DNA of 64,000 bases from an uncultured virus (IMG/VR IMGVR_UViG_3300045953_000290) (Duplodnaviria > Heunggongvirae > Uroviricota > Caudoviricetes). Both the position numbers and the translations under genes were made by a program. The stretch lies in IMG/VR virus record IMGVR_UViG_3300045953_000290. The stretch is one strand, 5' to 3'. Positions 18,210-27,151 of this stretch are shown piece by piece. The notes beneath the pieces are model-generated. The model made no database searches. It was not told where the DNA came from and saw only the letters and a program-made list of their open reading frames with translations. Within the stretch, counting starts at the first letter, position 1. Each line of letters starts with the position of its first letter.

Positions 18210-18294
18210 ACGAGGCAGCACGTCACTGGTGACGCTGGAAAACGCTCCGTGACGATTTCGCTGCTTCCCCCATGCTTCCCAAGGAGGAGAGGCC

Positions 18295-19476
18295 ATGCCA
18301 CGACTCACCAAAGCCCTGCTCGATGGGCTCCCCCCAGTCGCGAAAGATGCCACCGTCTGGGATAGCTTGCTCACCGGCTTCGGCGTTCGCTTGCGTCCAG
18401 GCAGTCCGCACAAAATGTTTTACGTCCAGTACCGCCTCCCCCCAGGCCAGCAACGCCGCCGCAAGCTGGGTGCCTATGGCGTCCTCACGGTCGAGGAAGC
18501 CCGCACGCAGGCGCGCCTCTGGCTTTCCCAGGTGGCGCAGGGGAGTGATCCCGTGATGGTGGCCTCTGCCCGCCATACCATGGCGGATCTGGCCGCGCGC
18601 TTTGTCGTCGAGTATAGCCAGCGGCATACCAAACCCAGCACCCAACGGGGGACGCGGAGTCTCCTGCGGATCCATATCCTGCCCGCCCTGGAGGCGTACC
18701 GCGTCCAGGAGGTGACGCACGCCGAGGTGCTGGCGCTCCACGCGGCCATGCATGCGACACCCTATCAAGCCAACCGCATGCTCGCCCTGCTGTCGCGCAT
18801 GTTTCGGCTTGCGGAACGCTGGGGCTGGCGCGCCCTCGGCACCAATCCGGCCCGGGGTCTCCAGACCTATCGCGAGCACGCCCGCGAGCGCTATCTCACC
18901 CCAGAAGAATGTGGGAGCCTCTGGGAGGCGCTGGCGCAGGCTGACCAGGCACGCACGCAGCATTGGCGCTTTACCATGGGGATCCGCCTCTTACTGCTCA
19001 CCGGGGCACGGGCGGGAGAAATCCTGGGCTTGCAATGGCGGTGGATCGATTGGCAGCAGGGGCAGGCACGATTGCCGGAGTCGAAGACCGGTCCCAAATC
19101 GCTCTATTTTGCGCCGGAGGCGCTCGCGGTGCTCCGACACCTCCCCCGCGCGCTCGACAATCCATACGTCCTGCCAGGCGCCAGAACGGGGCGGCCCTAC
19201 ACCGGCTTGCGCAATACCTGGGAACATTTCCGGCGTAGGGTGGGCTTGGACGATGTGCGGCTGCATGATCTGCGGCATACGTATGCCGCCTATGCGGCGG
19301 GCGCCGGCGTGACGCTGCCGCAGATTGGCGCGCTCCTGGGGCATAAACACCCGCAAGCCACAGCCCGCTACGCACACATTGCGCCCGCCGTGGCCCACGC
19401 CGCCGCGGTGCAGACCGGCGCGGCGCTGGCGCGGGTGCTCCGGGGGGAAGGGGAGGGGGCGGCGCCACGGACGTGA
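18295..19476 (+). CDS. int: Tyrosine integrase with N-terminal arm-binding domain
   Basis: TGAR, KT, HDLRH, LLGH and RYAH catalytic residues. Confidence 0.95.
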   Translation: MPRLTKALLDGLPPVAKDATVWDSLLTGFGVRLRPGSPHKMFYVQYRLPPGQQRRRKLGAYGVLTVEEARTQARLWLSQVAQGSDPVMVASARHTMADLAARFVVEYSQRHTKPSTQRGTRSLLRIHILPALEAYRVQEVTHAEVLALHAAMHATPYQANRMLALLSRMFRLAERWGWRALGTNPARGLQTYREHARERYLTPEECGSLWEALAQADQARTQHWRFTMGIRLLLLTGARAGEILGLQWRWIDWQQGQARLPESKTGPKSLYFAPEALAVLRHLPRALDNPYVLPGARTGRPYTGLRNTWEHFRRRVGLDDVRLHDLRHTYAAYAAGAGVTLPQIGALLGHKHPQATARYAHIAPAVAHAAAVQTGAALARVLRGEGEGAAPRT

Positions 19477-19491
19477 GGCCGCCGGGGGGGC

Positions 19492-19701
19492 TTAGCCGTC
19501 CAGGCTGGAGGCGGCGCGGCGGTTGAACCAGGACAGGAAGCGCGCCGCGTCGTCGCCCGTGAGCGTGCACAGGGGGCCGTGCTGCTCGTCGATGGTCCAC
19601 AGCCGCACGCTCCCCTCCTGCACCGTGACCGTGGTCACGAGATCGAGATTGATCGCCTTGCTAGAGGTCACCCAGACCCAGGTCAGATTGGGAAAAGCCA
19701 T
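19492..19701 (-). CDS. Hypothetical protein
   Basis: AGGAG RBS. Confidence 0.6.
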   Translation of the reverse strand: MAFPNLTWVWVTSSKAINLDLVTTVTVQEGSVRLWTIDEQHGPLCTLTGDDAARFLSWFNRRAASSLDG

Positions 19702-19906
19702 CGTCAGACTCCTGCTGCCGGCGAGTGACCAGGCGGGTCAGGCCGCAGTGTGGACAGGTTTGTCGGACATAGATCCCGCCCCCGGCAGGCAGCGGCGGCC
19801 AGGGATGGGTCTCGCTACACGGGATGTCTCCCCGTGCGCACCGGTCTCGGTCTTGGACCGTCGTATGCGTATGGGAGCGGCACCCACAGGGATAGGGCGT
19901 GCGCAT
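19661..19906 (-). CDS. Cys-rich hypothetical protein
   Basis: GGAGGAGAG RBS; CxxC. Confidence 0.5.
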   Translation of the reverse strand: MRTPYPCGCRSHTHTTVQDRDRCARGDIPCSETHPWPPLPAGGGIYVRQTCPHCGLTRLVTRRQQESDDGFSQSDLGLGDL

Positions 19907-19956
19907 CGTCTCTCTCCTCCTGAATAATCCTCGTCTCTCGTGGCCGTTGCCACGCT

Positions 19957-20169
19957 TCACCATCCGCGACTGGTCTGCAGGCGGCAGCCCTCCAACCCAT
20001 CATAGTGCCGTTGCAGCCAGCGCCAGAACTGCTGGGGACTGCGAAAGCACGGCGTCTGGCCCGTGCCCGTCCACTGTTGCCAAGTGCCATCCTGGCGGCG
20101 GGCAAACACGCCGCCGTCGTGATCGTTGGTCCCCAGCTCCGTGCCATCTGATAATCGAATCGTTCTCAT
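19957..20169 (-). CDS. Hypothetical 70-aa protein, copy 1
   Basis: Duplicated at 20867..21079. Confidence 0.7.
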   Translation of the reverse strand: MRTIRLSDGTELGTNDHDGGVFARRQDGTWQQWTGTGQTPCFRSPQQFWRWLQRHYDGLEGCRLQTSRGW

Positions 20170-20244
20170 CGTCGCGTCTCCTCTGCGGGGCCCCGGGGCC
20201 CCGCGTGGGGGTTAGCGCCCGTGGGTTACAGCGCCAGCGCAGCC

Positions 20245-20436
20245 CTAAGACCCCTTGCACTCTTCTATATGGCCGCGGATACACAAATCCCAGACGAGAT
20301 GCATGACCGCGGTCATGCCGCCAAACAGCAGGCCGCCAAACAGCCCGGCATGGCCAAGCATAAAGAGGCTCGTACCGATCAGGATATAGGTGCACGGGTG
20401 CACCCTGGGATGATGGGGACACCGTGGTTTCAGCAT
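20245..20436 (-). CDS. Small membrane protein
   Basis: Two TMs; homolog at 58881..59072. Confidence 0.7.
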   Translation of the reverse strand: MLKPRCPHHPRVHPCTYILIGTSLFMLGHAGLFGGLLFGGMTAVMHLVWDLCIRGHIEECKGS

Positions 20437-20447
20437 GCGTCGCTCCT

Positions 20448-20792
20448 TTACGCCAGCGCGCCAGCAGCGGCGGCGCTGCCCAGCGCGGCCTCGAGCTGCC
20501 TGCGCCACCAGGCGCTACGGGGGTGGAGCGCCATGTCGGAGGCCTGCTGGATGGCCCGGACCATGCCGCTGGGCAGCCCCAGGGCTTCGCCGGCACTCCG
20601 GTAGCGCTCCAGCGGATAGATATCGCTCAGGCTGTGCCAGGCCACGGCGGTCAGCGGACACAGCACCCGGACGCTGCCCGTGGGCTTGAGGAGCCGCAGC
20701 TCTCCGGTGCGCTGCCGCAGGGGATAATCCACCCCGGCCAGGGTGAGCTGGGCGAGGAATCTGGTGCGTTTGTCGTGGCTATAGTTGCTCAT
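20448..20792 (-). CDS. Hypothetical protein
   Basis: GGAGGAGAG RBS. Confidence 0.6.
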   Translation of the reverse strand: MSNYSHDKRTRFLAQLTLAGVDYPLRQRTGELRLLKPTGSVRVLCPLTAVAWHSLSDIYPLERYRSAGEALGLPSGMVRAIQQASDMALHPRSAWWRRQLEAALGSAAAAGALA

Positions 20793-20866
20793 CTCTCTCC
20801 TCCTCGTCTCCTCTCTGCGGGGCCCCTCGGGAGTGCCCCGCTGTCTCTCGTGGCCGTTGCCACGCT

Positions 20867-21079
20867 TCACCATCCGCGACTGGTCTGCAGGCGGCAGCCC
20901 TCCAACCCATCATAGTGCCGTTGCAGCCAGCGCCAGAACTGCTGGGGACTGCGAAAGCACGGCGTCTGGCCCGTGCCCGTCCACTGTTGCCAAGTGCCAT
21001 CCTGGCGGCGGGCAAACACGCCGCCGTCGTGCTCGTTGGTCCCCAGCTCCGTGCCATCCGATAATCGAATCGTTCTCAT
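20867..21079 (-). CDS. Hypothetical 70-aa protein, copy 2
   Basis: One aa differs from 19957..20169. Confidence 0.7.
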   Translation of the reverse strand: MRTIRLSDGTELGTNEHDGGVFARRQDGTWQQWTGTGQTPCFRSPQQFWRWLQRHYDGLEGCRLQTSRGW

Positions 21080-21393
21080 CGTCGCGTCTCCTCTGCGGGG
21101 CCGGAGGGCCCCGTCGGTGGTTCCGTGCGGAAGCGCTTGCTCAATAGATAGCCCCCCTCACGGATCCAGGGCCCGCCATCGAGGCGCGTCCACACGATCC
21201 CGGTCGCCTCCCCGACGGGATCGACGCGGATCGATTCCAGCCGGATCTCCAGCCGGGCGGGGAGGGCAGCGAGGGGGACGCCCGCCTCAAAGAGGGCGCT
21301 TCCCGCTGTGGTGCGGCTATATTCGACGGTGTACTGCCTGGCCTGCTCTGGGGTGGCCAGGGGCCAGGGGGTCAGGTCGCGTTGTCGTCTCAT
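21076..21393 (-). CDS. Hypothetical protein
   Basis: GAGGAG RBS. Confidence 0.6.
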   Translation of the reverse strand: MRRQRDLTPWPLATPEQARQYTVEYSRTTAGSALFEAGVPLAALPARLEIRLESIRVDPVGEATGIVWTRLDGGPWIREGGYLLSKRFRTEPPTGPSGPAEETRR

Positions 21394-21482
21394 CGTTGTC
21401 TCCTCGCTGCGGGGCCACGCAGGCCTGCACTGGTGCACGCCAGTGGCCCCGTATCGTGGTACGGGGCAGGCCCCGTCTGGGG

Positions 21483-21863
21483 TTACGCTCCAGCCTTGCG
21501 GCGCTTGCCGCGGCACCAGCCCTCGCCGGGCACGCGGTGGGAAAACCAGGATCCGCGCTCGTTCGACTGTTTCGCCATGGCGTGCTGATGGATCGGGCAC
21601 CAGTCCTCGCGCTCCTCCAGCGGCGGCGCCGGTGCCGCGGCGGGCGCCGCCGGCGCCGGCCGGGGGAGCTTCGCCTGCAGGCGCTTGATGTACTCGAGGA
21701 TGCGCGGCAGCCTGGAGGCGACGTCGTTATCGTCGCCACGCAGCGTCCACGACAGCGACACGCCGTCCACCTCAAGGCGCAGACACAGCGTCGAGAGGGG
21801 ATACTCGCCGGTCGGCGCCGCTGCCGGCGTGGCGGGGGTGCTGGTCAGGGTTACATCGGTCAT
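21483..21863 (-). CDS. Hypothetical protein with C-terminal CPIH..H..C Zn motif
   Basis: Homolog at 59794..60165. Confidence 0.7.
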   Translation of the reverse strand: MTDVTLTSTPATPAAAPTGEYPLSTLCLRLEVDGVSLSWTLRGDDNDVASRLPRILEYIKRLQAKLPRPAPAAPAAAPAPPLEEREDWCPIHQHAMAKQSNERGSWFSHRVPGEGWCRGKRRKAGA

Positions 21864-21883
21864 GGTCACTCCTCCTTTCCTGG

Positions 21884-22474
21884 CTAGCCTTGCAACCAGC
21901 GTTCCCACCGGCTTACCGCGCCGTACCACTCGGTCTCGTGGAACGGCCGTTTGTCCCATAGCTCCAGACTAAGGCTGTCCGTGTACCAGCCGGGACGCTC
22001 ACTCCGGGGCTCGAACCAGTACGAGCCATCATCGAGCGGGAAGGCCCAGCCGCCGACGCCGTAGGCCCACTCCTCCAGCGATACGGCGGGGTAGATCAGA
22101 TCCACCGGCGCCGGCACATAGCCCTTGAGCACCAGATTGACGTGGGCCATCGCCACCAGCACCGCCGCGTAGTAGTGTTTGCAGCCGCGGACGCCAGGCC
22201 GGGCGTCGGGCATCTGCTCTTCCCGCCGTCTGGCGTCGTAACAGTCACACCCCGTGCGGGTGACCTGGTAGACTACCTCGGGATCGCGCTCACTGGTGAC
22301 GTGCGCCACGGCCCCGCCCTCCAGGGTCACATGGTTATTCAAAGCAAGGACTAAGCCTTTATCAGCCCTGCGTGCATCGGCGGTCATGGGCAACTGTGCC
22401 CGCGCATCACGCAAGGCTTCATCAAAGGCAACCGTGTGCGCTGTCGTGTACTGTGCTAAAATCTGCATCGTCAT
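21884..22474 (-). CDS. SWIM-type Zn-finger protein
   Basis: CDC...CKH motif; homolog at 60341..60934. Confidence 0.75.
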   Translation of the reverse strand: MTMQILAQYTTAHTVAFDEALRDARAQLPMTADARRADKGLVLALNNHVTLEGGAVAHVTSERDPEVVYQVTRTGCDCYDARRREEQMPDARPGVRGCKHYYAAVLVAMAHVNLVLKGYVPAPVDLIYPAVSLEEWAYGVGGWAFPLDDGSYWFEPRSERPGWYTDSLSLELWDKRPFHETEWYGAVSRWERWLQG

Positions 22475-22558
22475 CTCCTGCCCACATGTGGGACTTGACT
22501 GATGCCCTTGCGAGTATGTTTTCCAGGCAGGCTCGCAAGGGCGTTGCTGCGTCTGGGC

Positions 22559-22735
22559 TTAGCGCCCGTTGAAGCGTTCGAGAATGTCTTTCACGAGGCG
22601 GAGGGTTTCTTCCGCATACCGCATCCTCCCCTCATGGTTGGCCGCTATCGCCCGTAAATCGTCGTTGATGCTGCGTTGATGCTCCATGGTGCGGGCCAGG
22701 CTCTGGAGCAGGGCTTCTACGTCGTCGGGGGTCAT
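22559..22735 (-). CDS. Small coiled-coil protein (58 aa)
   Basis: AGGAG RBS; MTPDDVEALLQSLA resembles 61014..61190. Confidence 0.5.
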   Translation of the reverse strand: MTPDDVEALLQSLARTMEHQRSINDDLRAIAANHEGRMRYAEETLRLVKDILERFNGR

Positions 22736-22746
22736 CGTCGCGTCTC

Positions 22747-23106
22747 CTACAATCCGTGCCGCACGATGGCGGCTTTAAGGGCCTCGATCCGCCAGCCCTG
22801 GCGCTTGATCTGCGCCGCGAGCTGCGCCGGCGTGACGGTCCCCTGGCTCTGGACCCAGGCGTTCCACGCCGCCCGCCGCGCCATGGTTACTTCGTGCGTC
22901 CATTCGGCGTCTTCCGCCTGCTGGATGGCCGCCATCCGTGCCGCAGCGGTGGCTTCCGCGACCGCGTCATACTCGCGCTCCAGGCGGCGGATGGCGTCAG
23001 CGTGGGGGGTAAAGCCCTCGCCGCCCTCGTTGAGTCCAGCATCGTAGCGGCGGGCGGTGGCTTTCAGGGCGGTCAGGTCTGTGGTGATCTGTTCCAGTGT
23101 TCTCAT
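22747..23106 (-). CDS. Hypothetical protein
   Basis: GAGGAG RBS; first gene of the leftward early operon. Confidence 0.65.
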   Translation of the reverse strand: MRTLEQITTDLTALKATARRYDAGLNEGGEGFTPHADAIRRLEREYDAVAEATAAARMAAIQQAEDAEWTHEVTMARRAAWNAWVQSQGTVTPAQLAAQIKRQGWRIEALKAAIVRHGL

Positions 23107-23350
23107 CGTCGCGTCTCCTCGTGTGTTTCGCGTTGCTCCTCAGGCCGTGCCTTCCACGGCGACACACTCCACTGCGTGGGGGACCGTAGCTCTTCGTATC
23201 CCCCTGTGCCGCTCGCCTGGTCGTCGCGGCTTACCTGCTCTCTTCCACCCGGTTTAGGTCTTGCTCTCGCCGGGGCTGGGGAGCGACTTTGGCTGGAGGT
23301 TTCTCGGGAGCGCCTACCTTCTGCTCCCCTCGTCGCTGCCGTGTTATAAC

Positions 23351-23454
23351 TATAATATACATCATCGAATAAATACCGTCAAGTGGTAAAATGCACTAGT
23401 CGAGAATTTTTTCTAAAAAATACCCCACAATTTTATATGATGATGTATATTATA
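23351..23454. promoter_or_regulatory. AT-rich divergent promoter region with a 16-bp inverted repeat
   Basis: tataatatacatcatc / gatgatgtatattata; TTGACG-17-TATATT on the minus strand. Confidence 0.7.
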
Positions 23455-23469
23455 CGGCAGGAGGTATCT

Positions 23470-23727
23470 ATGACACGAGCAAAGTTTCTGCAACACTTTG
23501 GCCGTCGGGTTCGTGCCGCGCGCATTCTCAAGGGGTTGACGTTGAAGGCATGCGCGGAATGCGCCGGAATGAGCTATACCAATCTCTCGATGATCGAACG
23601 CGGGCGCCGCTCCATGTATGTCGAAAACGTTCCAGACCTGGCCAGAACGCTTGGTGTCAGTGTGCAGTACCTCTTGCTTGGCGATGAACCAGACGACGAG
23701 GAGGAAGAACACGAACATGCCGCGTGA
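23470..23727 (+). CDS. Second XRE-family repressor
   Basis: GLTLKACAECAGMSYTNLSMIERG. Confidence 0.8.
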   Translation: MTRAKFLQHFGRRVRAARILKGLTLKACAECAGMSYTNLSMIERGRRSMYVENVPDLARTLGVSVQYLLLGDEPDDEEEEHEHAA

Positions 23728-23860
23728 CGCAGGCTATATCTATGCCATTCAGGCGGTTGGTCCCAGCTCTCTCAAAATCGGTTATACCAAGAGGCCCGTT
23801 GCTGTGCGTCTTGCTGCGTTACAGCATGCCTCCCCACGAAAGGTGATCGCATGTGCTGCG
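23717..23860 (+). pseudogene. Truncated GIY-YIG/T5orf172-like gene
   Basis: GYIYAIQ..LKIGYT...RLAALQ..SP, then interrupted by IS-like DNA. Confidence 0.65.
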
Positions 23861-24288
23861 CAAACCCCCTGCTTGCGATGTGGGGTCAAGCAGCACTGGC
23901 CCTGCAAGGGCCACAGATTTCGACCATACTTTCTGTGGCAAGTGCTTGAAAGCATTGGATACACTTTTTGTATGAACCCCGGCAGATCCGGGGAGCAACC
24001 TCGTCCGACTGCCAAACGGGGACGGGATTGCATGCTCTTTCCTAGAGGCGGTTGCCGGGAGGAAGCAGTCCCCGGCGTAAAAGAGGAACTGTCCGATATC
24101 CCGGTAGGCCGGGGTGCGACGAACTCTCGCACGTATCGTAGACCGGCTCCTCCTTCGGGAGGAAGCGGAGTATGCGTCGTTGCAGCGGACACCTGCCAGA
24201 CTTCTGTCACGGATGGAAGTCTGTCGCTTGGAAGGAGTTTCCATTGCGCTTTCCAAGAAACCCCCGGCTTGAGCCGTGGGGAGTGTCA
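23860..24288 (+). mobile_element. Non-autonomous IS200/IS605-family-derived element
   Basis: Right-end-like gaaacccccggcttgagccgtggggagtgtca; left hairpin; lower GC; no tnpA/tnpB ORF. Confidence 0.55.
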
Positions 24289-24361
24289 TAAGCATGAAGC
24301 GTCTTGATATTGCTAGAGTTAAAAATATATAGAGGTCTCGTATAGTGCCGAGATATCATCC

Positions 24362-24586
24362 ATGCACATCTTAACTGTAACTCCAGATAACTCATTGACT
24401 ATCAACAGACTCATCCGCCGGCGCCGGCCACGCCGCCCGGTGGGACGGCGGTTAAACGTATGGTTGCCGGAGGAGGTCTATACCGCGCTGGAGGAGCGTG
24501 CCCGTGAGCAGCACCGCTCCATGCAAGGCCAGGTGCTGCGGCTGATCGAGACCGATGTACGGCGGGCGAAGAAGGAGCCGGCTTGA
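24362..24586 (+). CDS. Arc/ribbon-helix-helix regulator
   Basis: LNVWLPEEVYTALEERAREQHRSMQGQVLRLI. Confidence 0.7.
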   Translation: MHILTVTPDNSLTINRLIRRRRPRRPVGRRLNVWLPEEVYTALEERAREQHRSMQGQVLRLIETDVRRAKKEPA

Positions 24587-24658
24587 CGCCGCGGCGGCGG
24601 TGGGCTAGGCTTGCGGGCAGGCGTCCGCACTCTCTAAAGTAGAAAACAGTAGAAAATT

Positions 24659-25030
24659 ATGCCGCGTGGACGAAAGCCGGGCACGCCCAAAACCGGCGGC
24701 CGCACCAAAGGCACCCCGAATAAATGCAGCGTGCGCACCCGCGAAGCCCTCTGGGACTATGTGGAGAGCCAGGCCGCGGGCGATGCGATGGCGCATCCGG
24801 TGCGCCTGTTCACGACGATCATGACGAGCCCGACGAGCAGCACGGCCGACCGCCTGACGGCGGCCAGTGCGTTATTTGACCGCATGCTCCCCAAACTGAA
24901 AGCCGTGGAACTGAGCGGCGATCCGGACAAGCCGCTCGTCCTCACCGATGCCACCCTGCGCCAGGCGCGCATTGCCGCGCTCCTGGCGAAACGGGGCGAG
25001 AACGGCCACGATGGCCCTGACGCTGGCTGA
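24659..25030 (+). CDS. terS: Terminase small subunit
   Basis: GGRTKGTPNK and PKLKAVELSG motifs; precedes terL; upstream TTGACG-17-TAGGCT. Confidence 0.75.
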   Translation: MPRGRKPGTPKTGGRTKGTPNKCSVRTREALWDYVESQAAGDAMAHPVRLFTTIMTSPTSSTADRLTAASALFDRMLPKLKAVELSGDPDKPLVLTDATLRQARIAALLAKRGENGHDGPDAG

Positions 25031-26495
25031 GGAACTGGAACTGGTGGCGCTGCTTGAAGCCGAGGACGCCTATCAGCGCACGCACCAGATCCTCACGCGC
25101 TTTCCCGCCACCGGGCGCTTTGCGCGCCATTACTATCCGCAACACCTGGCCTTCTTCGCTGCCGGCGCCACCCACCGCGAACGCCTCTTTATCGCCGCCA
25201 ACCGGGTCGGCAAGACGCGCGCCGCCTGCTACGAGCTGGCGGTGCATCTCACCGGCCAGTACCCGGCCTGGTGGGCTGGGCGGCGCTTTCCGGGGCCTAT
25301 TCGTGCCTGGGCTGCAGGGACCACGAGCAAAAAAGTCAAAGAGATCGTCCAGGAAGAACTGTTCGGGCCGGTCGGGCAGTGGGGCACCGGCGTGCTGCCC
25401 CTCGACACCTTTGTGCGCCCGCCCACCAAGGCGGCCAGCAGTGTGGCCGATCTGATCGACAGCGTGACCATCCTCCACGCCAGCGGCGGACACTCGCTCC
25501 TCACCCTCAAATATTACGAGCAAGGGCGGACCGCCTTTGAAGGCACCTTCCAGCATGTGATCCTGGAAGACGAGGAACCGCCGCTGGACATCCATACCGA
25601 GTGTGTCTTGCGCACCATGGATACCACCGGCACGGGCACGGGCAACGGCCTGGTGCTCACCACCTTCACGCCGTTGGAGGGGTTGAGCGAGACGGTCCTG
25701 CACTTCTTGCCGGACGGCGAGATCCCGGCGCAGCCGAGCCAGGGCGCCAAGTGGATCGGCAATGCTACCTGGGACGATGTGCCGCATCTCGACGCCGCCA
25801 CCAAAGCCGAGATGCTGGCCGCCATCCCGGCCTACCAGCGCGACGCCCGCACGCGCGGCATCCCGGTGCTTGGCGCCGGGGTCATCTATCCCGTGGAGGA
25901 ATCGGCCTATCTGGTGGAGCCGTTCGCCCTGCCGAAGCACTGGAAGCGCGCCTATGCGCTCGATGTGGGCTGGAACCGCACCGCTGCCGTGTGGGGCGCC
26001 TACGATGCCGAGGCGGATACCTGGTATCTGTACCACGAGCACTCCCGCGGCGAAGCCGAGCCGTCGGTGCATGCCGCCGCCTGTAAAGCGCCGGGTGACT
26101 GGATCCCCGGCGTCATTGATCCGGCGGCGCGGGGCCGGAGCCAGGGTGATGGGGTGGTGCTGCTGGAGACGTATCAGGATCTCGGGCTGCATCTTTCCGT
26201 GGCGGTCAATGCGGTCGAAGCCGGGATTTATCAGGTGCTGGAGCGCCTCACGCAAGGCCGGTTGAAGGTATTTGAGCCCCTGAGCAACTGGCGCAAGGAA
26301 GCCCGGTTGTATAGGCGCGATGCCAAGGGCCGGATCGTGAAAACAGACGACCACCTGATGGATGGCACCCGCTACCTCCTCGTGTCGGGCCTGGACGTGG
26401 CGCGCGCCGTGCCCGTGGCCCGCACGCCGGATGCGCCGCTGGTCGTGACCGCCGGCCGGGGGGGTGGGGGATGGCGGTCGACCTTTACGGGCTAG
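25011..26495 (+). CDS. terL: Terminase large subunit (P22-like)
   Basis: Walker A AANRVGKT, Walker B ILEDEE, TFTP coupling motif, nuclease ALDVG / DHLMDGTRY. Confidence 0.93.
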   Translation: MALTLAEELELVALLEAEDAYQRTHQILTRFPATGRFARHYYPQHLAFFAAGATHRERLFIAANRVGKTRAACYELAVHLTGQYPAWWAGRRFPGPIRAWAAGTTSKKVKEIVQEELFGPVGQWGTGVLPLDTFVRPPTKAASSVADLIDSVTILHASGGHSLLTLKYYEQGRTAFEGTFQHVILEDEEPPLDIHTECVLRTMDTTGTGTGNGLVLTTFTPLEGLSETVLHFLPDGEIPAQPSQGAKWIGNATWDDVPHLDAATKAEMLAAIPAYQRDARTRGIPVLGAGVIYPVEESAYLVEPFALPKHWKRAYALDVGWNRTAAVWGAYDAEADTWYLYHEHSRGEAEPSVHAAACKAPGDWIPGVIDPAARGRSQGDGVVLLETYQDLGLHLSVAVNAVEAGIYQVLERLTQGRLKVFEPLSNWRKEARLYRRDAKGRIVKTDDHLMDGTRYLLVSGLDVARAVPVARTPDAPLVVTAGRGGGGWRSTFTG

Positions 26496-26502
26496 GGGCC
26501 GC

Positions 26503-26630
26503 TTGACACCCCTGCTGGCCCGTTGTACCCTCGCAGCAGCCGGGCGCTGCGACGTCACTCTGACCATCTCGGGAACCCAGCGCAGTTCCTCCGGGTGCCC
26601 GGCAGCCTCTCCCCCCCCCAGCAGGAGGAT
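26503..26630 (+). promoter_or_regulatory. Sigma70-like promoter and structured leader
   Basis: TTGACA-17-TACCCT; stem gccgggcgct/gggtgcccggc; conserved at 63775..63925. Confidence 0.55.
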
Positions 26631-26636
26631 CTCTCC

Positions 26637-26819
26637 ATGGCCAGGACCGTTCCACGCACCAAAGCCGGCAAGCAGCGCAAAGTGGAGACCGTCATGAGCG
26701 AGTTCAAGGCGGGGGATCTCCGCTCCTCCAGTGGTCAGAAAGTGACCAACCCGAAACAGGCCATGGCGATCGGCCTCAGTGAAGCGGGACTCTCCCGCCC
26801 GAAGAAAGGCAAAAAGTAA
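26637..26819 (+). CDS. Small basic protein (DUF6496-like)
   Basis: VMSEFKAGDLRSSSGQKVTNPKQAMAIGLSEA. Confidence 0.75.
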   Translation: MARTVPRTKAGKQRKVETVMSEFKAGDLRSSSGQKVTNPKQAMAIGLSEAGLSRPKKGKK

Positions 26820-27148
26820 TGGACACGACCGCGACACCCCCCGCGCCCTTGATTGTGGCCGATCCCGTCCTTATGGAGACGCTTGCCCAGCTCGATCAGG
26901 ACGTCAGTGGCGAGGCAAAATTCTGCGCCCAGGCCGCTGAGAGCCTGCGCGCCTTCCAGGCACGCTGGAGCAATGACCACGCGGTGCAGGATGCCTATGG
27001 ACACGCCATCCTGGCCCTCGACACCATGCCGGCCGTGCTCAGTGGCCTGTTGCGGCGGCAGACGCAGCAACTGACGCAGGACGTGGTGACGGCAGCCGGC
27101 CAGGCCCAGCAGACCGCCACGGCGCCGCCCGCGCCGGAGGAGCTGTAG
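26819..27148 (+). CDS. Hypothetical protein
   Basis: Translationally coupled ORF. Confidence 0.6.
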   Translation: MDTTATPPAPLIVADPVLMETLAQLDQDVSGEAKFCAQAAESLRAFQARWSNDHAVQDAYGHAILALDTMPAVLSGLLRRQTQQLTQDVVTAAGQAQQTATAPPAPEEL

Positions 27149-27151
27149 CCC

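Noticed and set aside
18189..18216. dif site
   Set aside because: Weak XerC-arm resemblance only; no XerD arm (TTATGTTAAAT-like)
23618..24307. Intact 229-aa protein
   Set aside because: Only ~45 aa resemble T5orf172; the rest is read-through of IS-like DNA
24942..26837. Long antisense ORFs (also 6120..7796, 36465..38309, 44845..46872)
   Set aside because: Shadow ORFs opposite well-supported genes in high-GC DNA
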